Shown: piece by piece, positions 51,001 through 61,820 of the stretch
Numbering within the stretch: position 1 is the stretch's first letter
Layout of the letters: every line of letters starts with the position of its first letter
From: Ginglymostoma cirratum
Taxonomy: Eukaryota
Assembly: GCA_024137785.1 (NCBI GenBank)
Contig: JAHRHZ010000094.1
Span: 1,476,558-1,540,557 of the forward strand
Reading direction: 5' to 3'
DNA length: 64,000 nt
Notes under the pieces: model-generated
Database searches by the model: none
What the model saw: the letters and a program-made list of their open reading frames with translations, nothing else
Told to the model about the DNA's origin: nothing
Position numbers and translations under genes: made by a program

Positions 51001-54000
51001 AATCCAGTGGAGTTCCAGCGGGGGCGTCGGTTCTGTTGTGGATTCTTGTGGCTGTGGGCTCTCTGAATTTAGTTATTCTCGCTGTTACCCTCATCTACAA
51101 GAAAGCCACTTCTTCCTCCCACACTGGGGCCGGTAAGATTTTTACTTCCCTTCCGTCTCAAATAATAAACATGTCTCTGGAACTTTCCCTTTGAATAAGG
51201 CCCATTGGTGTAGATGGTTTTATCACCTGGATGTGAAACCTCACTTGGGCTGAGCACTGAGTGGAACATTAGGATCGGAGGGTAACGCATCTGCAGTAGA
51301 AGTCATCAGGTTTTTCTTTCCATGTAGATCGATGAATAGAAAATGTTGTAAGTTCTGTACAAATCACGGCACCTAACTGGACAATTAGCAAGTGAGTTTG
51401 TAGAATAGAATCATAGAACAGGCCATTTGGCCTATTAAGCCCACACCAACCTCAAGCTATTGAGTTAGATGATCAGCCATGATGGAGTAGGCTCAAAGGG
51501 CCTCCTCCTATCCCACCCAGCAATAACCCCCCAGCCACATCCCTGTAACCCTGCATTTCCCATGGCTAACCCACCTAGCCTGCACATTCCTGGACACTAT
51601 GGGAAATTTCCCATGGCCAATCCACCCTAACCTGCACATTTTTGGACTGTGGGAGGAAACCAGGGCACCCAGAGGAAACCCATTCAGACATTGGGGAAGA
51701 ATACACAAACTCCACATGGTCAGTTGCCCAAGGCTGGAATCAAGCCTGGTCCCTGGCACTGTGAGGCAGCAGTGCTAACCATCATGTCACCCTGGTTAAA
51801 GTTGTCTAAAGGGGTTAATGCAGATCCCACTGTTTTCATGTTTAATCCTTTGGATGCCATTATGCTGATGTAAATTCTGGGATTAGCATCCACAGAATAT
51901 GACAGAAGGAATTCTGATCCCATGGCTAAATTTTGGTTTTGTGGTCAGAATCAAATCTGGGTTCCAACGCTCCATGTGTAAGTTAGATCCAGCCCCACAT
52001 GATCTTCCGAAGCAGAGCCAGTCAGTGGCCAGGCAATGTGCTCTGTGTTCCATTCAAGGATGGTGAGTGATTTCCTGAAACTGGAGAACTAATAGGATGG
52101 CTAAGGTGAGAAAGAAAAATAAAATAATTCATTATCACAAGCAGTTATGCACTTGGTAAAATCAGGGGAATAAAGCCTGACACAGCCCTTGGACTTCGAG
52201 ATGTACTCCCTGAACTCTTAAAAAAATTGCTGTAGTGAACGCAGATGCATTAGTTATAATCTTTCAAAATTCCCTGGATTCTGGGAAGGTCTCAATGTGT
52301 TGGAAAACTGTAACACAACAGTTGTATTCCAAAAATCAGGGAACCAAGGCAACTTAGCCTCACATCCATCATTGGAAAAAATGCTGAAATTCTCAATAAG
52401 GACTTCACCTGATGAAGGAGCAGCGCTCCGAAAGCTTGTGATTTCAAATAAACTTGTTGGACGACAACCTGGTGTCATGTGACTTCTGACTTAGAAGATC
52501 ATTGTACAATCAAACCATGTCTTTGTGGTTTAATGAAAATAAAAATCAGGTTTTACAAATGTATTAGAATACTTTGAGGATATAACAAGCAGAGTGGATA
52601 ATGGGCACCCTGTAGATGTAGTGTAATTGGATTTCCAAAAGGCACACCATAGGGTCGCACATAAAGGGATATTGCACAAGGTGTGTTGGGGAAAATGTAT
52701 CAGCATGGAAACAGAATTGGTTAATAACCAGAAAACAGACAGTCAGGGCAGATGGCTCATACTTAGACTGGTAATCAATGCATTGCTTCAGGGATCAGTG
52801 CTGGAGTTTCAGCTGGTAATGGTGTACACTAATGAGAAGGATGTAGGGACTGACGTGAATGCACCACAGTTACTGGTGAGTAAAAGTAAGTGGGAAAGGA
52901 AGTTGTGAGGAGGATGCAAAAGGATTTAGATAAAGTGAGGGGGCAAAAAAATGGCTGATGGCATATAATTTGGGGTGTCCTGGTGGCTCAGTGGCTCAGT
53001 GGTTAGCACTGCTGCCTCACAGCACCAGGGACTCGGGTTCGATTCCACCCTCGGGCGACTGTCTGTGTGGAGTTTGCACATTCTCCCTGTGTCTGCGTGG
53101 GTGTCCTCCAGGTGCTCCGGTTTCCTCCCGCAGCCCAAAGATGTGCAGGTTAGGTGGGTTGGCCATGGGAAATGCAGAGTTATGGGGATAGAATGGGATG
53201 CTCTTCAAGGGGTCGGTGTGGACTCAAGCTTACTTCCACACTGCAAAGATTCTATAATGAGGGAAAATATGAGATTATTCACTTTGACACAAAAAGCAGG
53301 GTATTACATAAATGGGGAGAGACTGCATATTGCTGCAGAACAGAAGGATCTGGGAGACCTGGTACACAATTGACAAAAGTCAGCGCCTGGATACAACAAG
53401 TGGTTAGGAAGGCCATGTTGGCCTTTATTGCAAGGAAGGTGGTGTCTAACTTTAAGGAAGCCTTGCTCCAAGGCTGCAGGTAATTGATGTGACTACACCT
53501 AGAGTACTGGTACGGTTTTGGTTTCTTTATTTAAATGTGGGGAAGATATTGGATGTGGTTTACTGAAGCCCATTTGTTTGTTTCCTGGGATGAAGGGTAG
53601 CATTGTGAGGAAAGACTGAGTAGATCTGGTGTATGTCAATTGGAATCCTCTGGTATTCCTTTGAGGGAAGAGTCTAGAAAGACAGGATGATGGGGAGTAA
53701 GGGGTCATAGTTTCAGAATCAGGGGCTGCCCATTCAAGGTGAAGATTAGGAAGGAGACCCTTCTCTCAGAGGGCCACGACTCTCACAGCCTATCAGTGGA
53801 GAACAAGCTGTGGAACAGAATCAGCACTGAGGGACACAGAGTTACTGGAGAGTCAGTTCTTATTGGAAAACAGATTGGAAAGTAGAGTTGAGACCAAGAT
53901 CAGATCGGCCAGGACCTTGTTCAATGTTAGAACAGGCTTGAGTGGCCTAATTATGCTTCTTTTCTTTTATATCTTATTATTCTTAAATTTCAGGGAGACA

Positions 54001-54004
54001 CTGA
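39036..54004 (+). CDS. Gene B: non-rearranging antigen-receptor-like IgSF protein, L-V-C1-C1-TM-short tail (~395 aa); exons 39036-39072, 39164-39514, 42710-43027, 46834-47169, 50998-51132, 53994-54004
   Basis: All introns are GT-AG and phase 1; internal exons are 351, 318, 336 and 135 nt; open frame; paralogous exon-by-exon to gene A. Confidence 0.9.
39164..39514 (+). CDS. Gene B V-set exon with built-in J-like segment
   Basis: GSVTLEC...MKWGYVTPG..KWLM...PRFS...LRIDALRLEDSATYYCQS...DWCACGTTLKVKA; ccatttcag| and A|gtaagt. Confidence 0.93.
39980..41720 (-). mobile_element. Cluster of decayed CR1-type LINE fragments in the gene B V-C1 intron
   Basis: HER1-type 3' end at 39980-40290 and an older fragment at 40390-41720. 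Confidence 0.65.
41778..42205 (-). mobile_element. CR1/HER1-type LINE 3' fragment
   Basis: Near copy of 35035-35450. Confidence 0.85.
42240..42560. repeat. Degenerate G-rich tandem repeat (ggg(g)tgagtacagagncatgggg-like units)
   Basis: About 4 imperfect units visible. Confidence 0.6.
42710..43027 (+). CDS. Gene B C1-set exon 1
   Basis: PRPPSVHL...LLCVSRDFYPENISVSW...YSCIISHEALPSP; 318 nt, same length as gene A C1 exon 1, ~50% aa identity by hand alignment. Confidence 0.93.
44265..44845 (-). mobile_element. CR1/HER1-type LINE 3' fragment
   Basis: [36 protein letters not shown] (ORF 44605..44826). Confidence 0.88.
46834..47169 (+). CDS. Gene B membrane-proximal C1-set exon
   Basis: Nearly identical to gene A 25753-26073 plus a 5-codon extension (HNVYI) before G|gtgagc. 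Confidence 0.93.
48268..48572 (-). mobile_element. HE1-like V-SINE
   Basis: Reverse complement of the 4346 element; a short + strand SINE head at ~48190-48240. Confidence 0.8.
50350..50705 (+). mobile_element. CR1/HER1-type LINE 3' fragment
   Basis: YKIMRGIDRVD..FPRVE..RGHAFKVRGGKFKGDVRGRFF. Confidence 0.85.
50998..51132 (+). CDS. Gene B transmembrane exon
   Basis: KSSGVPAGASVLLWILVAVGSLNLVILAVTLIYKKATSSSHTGA; taattag| and G|gtaaga; homologous to the gene A TM exon. Confidence 0.88.
51410..51790 (-). mobile_element. HE1-like V-SINE
   Basis: Reverse complement of the 4346 element. Confidence 0.8.
52405..52441 (+). ncRNA. Minimal type I hammerhead ribozyme motif (Penelope-derived)
   Basis: TCAC-CTGATGA-A-GGAGC-agc-GCTCC-GAAA-GC-TT-GTGA: intact core, 5-bp helix II, palindromic AAGCTT helix III, TCAC/GTGA helix I. 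Confidence 0.75.
52982..53255 (+). mobile_element. HE1-like V-SINE inserted into a decayed CR1 LINE (~52500-53960)
   Basis: SINE core matches the 4346 copy; flanks carry a DFQKA RT remnant and a LINE 3' end. Confidence 0.8.
53994..54004 (+). CDS. Gene B putative last coding exon (GRH-stop in the directly spliced frame)
   Basis: Strong polypyrimidine tract +aaatttcag|; homologous to the gene A exon at 22978. Confidence 0.6.
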
Positions 54005-54149
54005 GCTTGAACATCAGACAGGAATCTACCTCTGTCACTGGAAACCTGGACAGGAGCTACTTGCAGATCGCAGCGAGATATTAAATTTGCATCAAACTAT
54101 AGGATTTTTCAGACTCTTCGCTATCAGCAGTAATGCTTGGACATATATT

Positions 54150-54560
54150 AACTGTCAGTCAGTCACACTCTGGTCTCTGAGGCAGAAGATTGTGTTCCCA
54201 AATTTCACCCCAGGAATTCAGTTCAGGAATCAAGACTGACATGCCATCACCGTACTGAGGAGAGCTACATTGTCAGAAGTGTTACCTTTCAGATGAGAGA
54301 TTTATCAGAAGACCTCATTTACCCTTGCAGCTGAACATAAAAGATCCCAAGGCACTATTGTAAAGAAGAGCAGGGGGAGTTATTCCTGATATCCCTCAAT
54401 CAGCGTCACACAAAAAAATCAGATTATTTGATCACTGTCACATTGCTGTTTGTGGGATCTCACTGTGCATAAATTAAAGGCCACATTTCCTACATTGCAA
54501 CAGTGACTACACTGTTTCAGTGGCTGAGGGGATGAAAGGTGCTATTGAATGTGAGTCTAT
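54150..54560 (+). mobile_element. Deu-domain SINE-like element (more decayed relatives near 15270-15600, 18920-19250, 58090-58310, 62200-62440)
   Basis: aaagatcccaaggcactatt..aagaagagcagggggagtt..cacattgctgtttgtgggatct core, recurring in the window. Confidence 0.6.
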
Positions 54561-55921
54561 AGCTTTTTCTCAGCTCTTAGACAGTGCAATGCATCCTTAC
54601 TGAGAAGTTTTAGTCGAGAAGCAAGAAGTGATGCTACTCTCGCTGACCAGGACGGTCAGAAACCAGAGGTCCCAGATTTAATGTAATTGGCAAAATATGC
54701 AGGAGCATAAGGAGATGTTATTTTGTGAATTATCTGTATTACTGTGTCTGAAAGCATGATGAAGTTAACTTTAAAAGAACGCTTGCAAAATGGAATCAGG
54801 ATATGTCATTGAAAAACAATGAATTTTCAAAGCTCTTGGGAAAACACAGGGTGGTTGGGTTATTTAGGTTCCTTAAAAAGCTAACAGACACAGTGGGCTG
54901 AATGGCCTCATAAGCTGTACAATTCTATGATGCTAACTATAATCAAACTGAGAATTCGTTTTGTCACACTCCCATTGTGTTTGTAACTGAAACCAATTGC
55001 TGGCTCAGAATCCAATGGACAGGCAGTTCCCAAAATGTGTTTACTCTGCTTTTGGCAAAGAGAAGCATTTTGGAGGCACTGCGTTAAGCCTTCCACAATC
55101 TGATGATCCAGTGTACAGTGTATGACTCTCTGTTGGAATTCCTAGCTGTCTATTACTCTCTTAGACATTGGGAGAAAAAAGATGTAGACCCAATTGTAGG
55201 GAACTTTAAAAAAAAATGACCGCTCTGCTTATGCTTACGCTGTTTCTTGGTCTAGTCTTTTAAATAAGTTTAAATAATAAAATGTGCAAGTGAGACTCCC
55301 AAATGCCTCTGTTCTGTGGTTTTCTGCAGTCTTTCTACATTAAAAAAAATTCAGTTACTCTTCCTTCCTGCCAAAGTGCAACACCTTGCATTTCCCCACC
55401 TGATATTGTACATGCCATGGTTTGGCCCACCTGCTTAGCTTGTCCATATCCCTCTGCATCCTGACCGTTGGCATTCCCATCTATTTTTGTGCCATCTGCA
55501 AATTTTGTACATTCACTTTCCTTATCCGAGTCATTCATATATATTGTAAACAATTGTCACCCCAGCACTAATCCCTGTGTTATTCCAATAGTTACAGGTT
55601 GCTATACTGAAAGTGTCTCTCTTAACCCAACTCTCTTTGATTAGTCAATCCTCGGTCCATGTTAATGTGCTACCTACAACACTATGGCCTTCTGTCTTAT
55701 TAAGTAGTCTAACGTGTTGTACTGTATCAAACACCTTCTGAAATCCAAATACATTACATCCACTGCTTCCCCTTTATCTAAAAACCAAAGAACTATGGAT
55801 GCTGTAAATCAGAGACAAAAACAGAAATTGCTGGAAAAGTTCAGTACATCTGGCAGTATCTGTGGAGAGAAATCAGAGTTAATGATTCAGCTCAAGTGAC
55901 CCTTTTTCAGATCTATGAAAG

Positions 55922-56250
55922 ATGGCACAGTGGCTCAGTGGTTAGCACTGCTGCTTCACTGCAGCAGGGACCCAGGTTCAATTCCACCCTTGGGCAACTG
56001 TCTGTGTGGAGTTTGCACATTCTCTCCGTGTTTGCATGATTTCCTCTGGGTGCTCTCCCACAGTCCAAAGATGTGCAAGGTAGGTGGATTGGCCAGGCTA
56101 TATTGCCCATGGTGTTCAGGAACATGTGGATTAGTGGTGGGAAATGCAGGGATAGGGCAGGGGTGTGGGTCTGGGTGGGATGTTCTTCAGAGTGTCAGTG
56201 TGAACTCGATGGGCCCAATGGCCTACTTCCACACTGTCGGAATTCCATGA
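55922..56250 (+). mobile_element. HE1-like V-SINE
   Basis: Matches the 4346 copy. Confidence 0.8.
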
Positions 56251-57171
56251 TCTTTATCTATCCTTGTAAATGCATCAGAGATGATTTTGCCTTCATGAAG
56301 CCTTGCGCAGTCTGTTTGATATGCTAAATTATTGTGAAAAATACGCTCATGTATTGATGGGTTGAACTTTGCGTTACATTAAGGGGACTCAGATTGTTGG
56401 TGGATTCCCATCATCCAGTTTTCTAATCATCACATTGGATATGAGAACAAGCGATCACTTCCCTCTGAAACTCATGATACTGAGATGCTGGTTTGTTCCA
56501 TGTATTCGTTGTGTTTTGAGAACAATTCTACAATAAAGTGAGTACTGATGACCTGTTAAACCAACTAAATCTCATGTTGAGGGTTTTATTTACTATCTAA
56601 AGCCACTGAAACATCTAAATATTTGTCCATGGACTGCAAAATGAAGTCTGACCTGGGAACTGATCAGTGAAATTCCAAGGAATAGCCTCTCCATGTTGAA
56701 AACAATCCAACTCTCCAGCGTTGGTTGAAGGGGGAAGAGGATATATATCGCCCCACTACCTCTCATGTCCAGTCCTTTCAGAAGTGTGTCTGGGTAGGAA
56801 TAAGGCATATTGTAGTTGCATTTAAATAGAAGTGTAATAAGTGTTTAAATACCAATTAACGGTGCAGAATGCCAAAGGCAGTAATCAGGGTGTTGAAGAC
56901 AGAAGCTCTGAGTTTCTGCATGATCTGTTTTCATTTTGCAATAGCACAGTTTTTGGGGACAGAATTTTTCGAATGCTGCTGGCCATATCAGCAGCTTTAT
57001 AGCCTATTAGGTTTGTACATCACATTTGTATAAAGAAAATTAAGGGGCTCTAGGGTCATCTTTTCCAATACAACATCTATCAAACGGTACACTTGATTGT
57101 ATTGTCAGTTCGGAATCATGCCATTAAGTTGGAATGTAACGGTTCTTAGAGCACCCTGTCCTGATTACCAG

Positions 57172-57585
57172 TTACAGAGTCCTAGAGCTATACAGCACGG
57201 AAACAGACCCTTCTGTCCAACTCGTCTATGTCGACCAGATATCCTTAATTAATCTAGTCCCATTTGCCAGCATTTAGCTCATATCCCTCTAAACTCTTCC
57301 TTTTCTGATGAAGGGTTTAGGCCCGAAACGTCAAGTTTTCCTGCTCCTATGATGCTGCTTGACCTGCTGTGTTCATCCAGCCCCATGCTTGTTATCTCGG
57401 ATTCTCCAGCATCTGCAGTACCTTTTATCTCTAATCACATACCCATCCAGATGTCATTTAAATGTTGTTATTGTACCAGCCTCCACCACTTCCTCTGGCA
57501 ATTCATTCCATACACGCATCACCCTCTGTGTGAAAAAGTTGCCCCTCAGGTCCCTTTTAAATTTTTCCCCTCTCACCTTAAAAGA
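57172..57585 (-). mobile_element. CR1/HER1-type LINE 3' end with nested Penelope-derived insert (~57300-57432)
   Basis: Matches the 35035 and 41778 copies. Confidence 0.8.
57302..57335 (+). ncRNA. Minimal hammerhead ribozyme motif, second copy of the 35497 family
   Basis: ttt-CTGATGA-A-GGGT-ttag-GCCC-GAAA-CG-TC-aag followed by the same cctgctcctatgatgctgctt tail. Confidence 0.65.
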
Positions 57586-59059
57586 TAAAAAAAATTCCCA
57601 AAACTGGCCTGCTTTAGAACCCTACATCACAGAAAGAGACCTATAGGTCATTGACTTTTTGCTTTAATAGATGTATATCAGCCCAATTCCAGTTTCTGCT
57701 CACACCCCTGCCTTGTCCTGGTTCCAAGCAGTTCCCCAATTCCAAGGAAACATTAATTCTGTTTTTCCCTTCACAGATGTTGCCAGACCTGCTGAGCTTT
57801 CCCAGCAGCTTCGGTTTTGGTTCCCAGTTTGAAGGTTCACGTAGGTTTCAACAAAGATTTGTACCAGAAAATGCCCAATATTCTAACCACTCTTCGTGGG
57901 TATAACCTTTTCTTATCCTTTTTTATTGGTGATTGTTTTATGCTTTGCCCTCTCATTAACATCCTACAGACCAATGGAATCTTTCTTCCAGGATTTACCT
58001 GACCATTATCCTCTATCTCCCTCACTGTTGTCTGTCTCTGTCCCTGCAGAGCCTTGAACACAATCTAGATTGATACTATCAGGCAGTGTTAATGGTGTGT
58101 CGCTCTGTCAGTGATACCGTCTTTTAAGTAAGACATTAAAACCATCCCTCCAGTGGATCTAAAATGCAATCCGTGACACAATTGAACACGAGCAGGAAAA
58201 TTCTAAGCATCTCTCCATGCAATATTAATTCTTAAGCATTATCAGAAAATCTGGTCATTAGCTCACTATCATCTGTGGGATCTTCCTATGTCCGTAGTTG
58301 TAGTGATTGTGATGAAGTCAACTAAGTGGGCCTCATAGACTATGGTTCCCTGATTGGGGCTGTTAATCTGGTCCAATCAGGGAGCCCAGGCTGACAGATA
58401 TTTACACGAGTGTCAGAGGTTCTGTTTCATTCTGAGCGTTAGCTCTGAGGGAAATGGATCCAATGCCACGATTCTGCAAGGACCGCCCAGTGCCATTGCC
58501 ATGTGGGCAAAAGTAGAGGCAGGAATCACTGGGTTAGAAAATGAAGGATTCACTCTCCCCACCACCCCCACCCTCCACCCACCTCCCCCCCACACCCCCA
58601 CCGCCGCACTGGGCTCGCTCTCCCCCACCCCTGCACCAGGCTCACTCTCTCTCCCCGTACTATGCTCACTCTCTCCCCCGGCACCGGGCTCATACCCCTC
58701 CATTCCAGGATTACCAGCTGCTGCTGGTGCCGTCCGGTGTCTTCACAGGAAGTAAGTAAAAGAAAAGGGAAATAAAAGAGGCAAAAAAAAAGAAAAGAAA
58801 CAAAAAGAAAAGGATAATAAGCAGTTGAGCCCCAAGCTCAGGATCCCTGCTCCACCATCTTCTTGAGATGTTGGTGAGACAGCGAACACAGGGGAGATCC
58901 TAAATCTGACCATTGTCACCAATCTATCTGCCAATGATGTATCCATGCTTGACAGGAATGTTAGGAACAATCAGCCTTTGGTCCCTGTGGAGATAAAGTT
59001 CGATTCTGTCATTGAGGACACACTCCATCATGTTGTATGGCACTAGTGCAGTACTGAAG

Positions 59060-59890
59060 GGAATGGATTGAAAATTGGATGATTCCAATCTGGACAAATG
59101 TGAGGTGATCATGGAAAGTCAAGTACAGGTGGAAATTATACAGTGATATAGCACAACCCCAGGAGTATTGATATGCAGAGGGATCGGGGTGTGAGGGTCC
59201 ACAGATCACTGAAGGTGGCAGTACAGGTAGATAAGGGAGTAAAAAAGGCCTATGACATGCTTGCCTTCATGGGAAGGGACATTGAGTATGAGGATAGGCA
59301 AGTTATCCTGCAGCTTTGTAGACCTTTAGTTAGGCCACACTTGGAATACTACGTATAGTTCTGGTCACCACACTACCAGGAGGATATGGATACTCTGGAA
59401 AGGGTACAGAAGAGGTTTACCAGGATGTTGCCTGGAATGGGGGATTTTAGCTATGAAAAAAGATTGGATAGTTTGGGTATGTTTTCACTGGAACGCGGGA
59501 AGTTGAGGGGCGACCTGATAGAGGTTTATAATATTGTGAATGGTATGGATAGAAAGGGAAGTATGAGGCTTTTTCCCAGGGTGGAAGGGTCAATTACTGG
59601 GGGATATAGGTTCAAGGTGTGAGGAGGTAAGTTTAAAAGAGACAGGCAAGACATGTTTTTCACACAAAGGGTGGTGAGTGCCTGGAATGCACTGGAATGC
59701 CTGGAAGAGGAGGTGGTGGAAGCAGGACAATAGCAGCATTGCAGAAGCACCTGGACAAATACATAAATATGAAGGGAATAGAGGGATATGGATCTTGTAA
59801 GTGAAGACAGTTTTAACATGGAAGGGAAAAATATGTCAGTGCAGGCTAGGAGGGCCAGAGGGCCTGTTCCTGTGTTGTGTTGTTCTTTGT
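59060..59890 (+). mobile_element. CR1/HER1-type LINE 3' fragment nested in an older LINE (~58860-60850)
   Basis: LERVQKRFTRMLPGMGDFSYEKRLDSLGMFSLE (ORF 59386..59622). Confidence 0.85.
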
Positions 59891-61089
59891 TCAAACTGGT
59901 CATCCCCAAGGCACTGTGTGCCATCAGCAACTGCAGCAGAATTATATTTGACGGCAATCAGTAACATTCTGGTTTGGCGTAACCTCATTATCATTATCAT
60001 CAAGCCAGGGGATCAACCCTGGTTTAATGAGCAGTCTAGCGGAGTATGTCAGAAGCAGACTGGGGTATTCCTAAAGACGAGGTGTTAACCTGATAAAGCT
60101 GCAATGCACGGCTCCATGAGTGACGAACAGAGAAAGTGATGCTCTGTAGAAAGAGCCAAGGGATTCTGATACCAGTGGATTCAGTTGAAGCTCTGTAATT
60201 CTTCCACGTTCAGTTGGGAATGGTAGTGGACAATTAGACAAGTAATGACTAGAGGGAACCCCATGACTTAGCCTCATCCTTAATGAGGACGTCAGTGCAA
60301 ACTGTAGCGTCTGCAATCATCTTAAACCGCAAGTGCTGACTGGAACGATCCACCTCGTCCTCTTCCTGAGATCTCCAGCATAAATCTGCAGCCAATTTGA
60401 TCGTGATGTCAAGTAATAGTTGAAGGCACCGAATACGGCTGCAGCCTGTGGAAATGTCCTGGCTGGAGTATCGAAGGTATGGTCTAGAATTAACTGTCCT
60501 CTCAGCCAAGCTGCTCCCCATACTCCTACAGTATCCTCACCAATGTGAGGGGCATGCCCAAAGATTTCTACTCACAAAAATCAGAACAAATCAATCTGGA
60601 CAATTACTGCCCCTTCTGTCTGTTCTGAATCATCAACCAAGTGATGGAAAGCATCCAGGGTCATATGCTCACCAATAACTCCATTTGAGTTCTGGCAAGG
60701 TCACCCAGCTCTAGAGCTCATTGCAATCTTCATTTAATCAGGGCTAAAGGGTGCCAGGTGAGGTCAAAGTGATTGACCTTGAGCCCTCACATTTGGTGAA
60801 GAGTCATAGCATGGAACCCACACAACAGTGAGGCCAATGCTGGGAATCAGCTTGAATCACGAGACTGCTGACCATGGTCATTACTCTACCATGATTTAAG
60901 TGGAAGTGAGTTGAAACTGTTATAGTTCCATCCAATACTAACTGCTTAAAAATTTAAGGAACAAGAAAGTCTTGAAATTACATCACGCCTATAACCATCT
61001 CAGGTCTTCACACCACCCTTTAAAGTAAATGCAATGGTTTGGAATACAGTCATTGTTGTAATGTATGGTACACACCAGCCCATTGGTAC

Positions 61090-61820
61090 ACAGCCCATGG
61101 TGTTGAAGGTAGTGTATTGGCATGAATAGAGATTTGGCGAGTATGCAGGAAACAGCGAGTGGGGATAAGGGGTTCTTTTACAGGTTCCATGGGGATCAGA
61201 GCTAGGCCCACAACTGTTTACAATTTATACTAGTGACGTGGAGGAAGGAAGTGAATGTACTGTAGCCAAATTTGCAGGTGACACAAAAATGGGTGGAAAG
61301 GCAAATTGTGAGAGAGATACAAACAGCATGCAGAGAGATATTGACAAGTTATGTAAGTGGGCAAAAGGTTGGCAAATGGAGTATAATGTGAACTATTTCA
61401 TTTTGGAAGGGAAAGCAAAAGAACAGAATATTATTTAAATGGAGAGAAACTGCAGAAACCTGCAACAGAAAAGGGACTCGGGGGACCTCATGTATGAAAC
61501 ACAGAAAGTTAGCATCCAGGTGCAGCAAGTAGTAAGGAAGGCTAATGGAATGTGGGCCCTTGTTTCAAGTTGGTCGGAGTATAAGAGTAGGGAAATCTTA
61601 CTGCAACTGCACAAGGTGCTGGCGAGACCACACCTAGAGTACTGTGAGCAGTTTTGGTCCCACTATTTAGGGGAAGAGATCATTTCATTGGTGGCAGTTC
61701 ACAGAGGGTTCATAAGGATGGTCAATGGTTTGGAGGGATTGTCTTATGAGCAAAGGCTGAACAGATTAGAACTCTTTTCACTGGAGTTGAGAAGAATGAG
61801 ACGTAATCTTTTTGAAACAT
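61090..61820 (+). mobile_element. CR1-type LINE RT/C-terminal fragment
   Basis: KFAGDTKMGG..QRDIDKL..WAKGWQMEYN; RPHLEYCEQFW. Confidence 0.85.

Noticed and set aside
22968-54004. Calling the genes IgM/IgW/IgNAR, TCR or SIRP
   Set aside because: No RSS/D/J, no CART-type Ig TM, no TCR basic TM residues or connecting-peptide Cys, a non-canonical J motif and no clear SIRP-type ITIM tail. The family is left unassigned pending phylogeny.
56653-56789. Possible minus-strand exon (acceptor/donor pair within ORF 56593..56808)
   Set aside because: No recognisable protein similarity and no partner exons found.
58354-58760. Pro-rich ORF and C-rich repeats as a coding exon
   Set aside because: Low-complexity gctcactctctccccc repeats at the edge of a decayed LINE; no supported splice structure.
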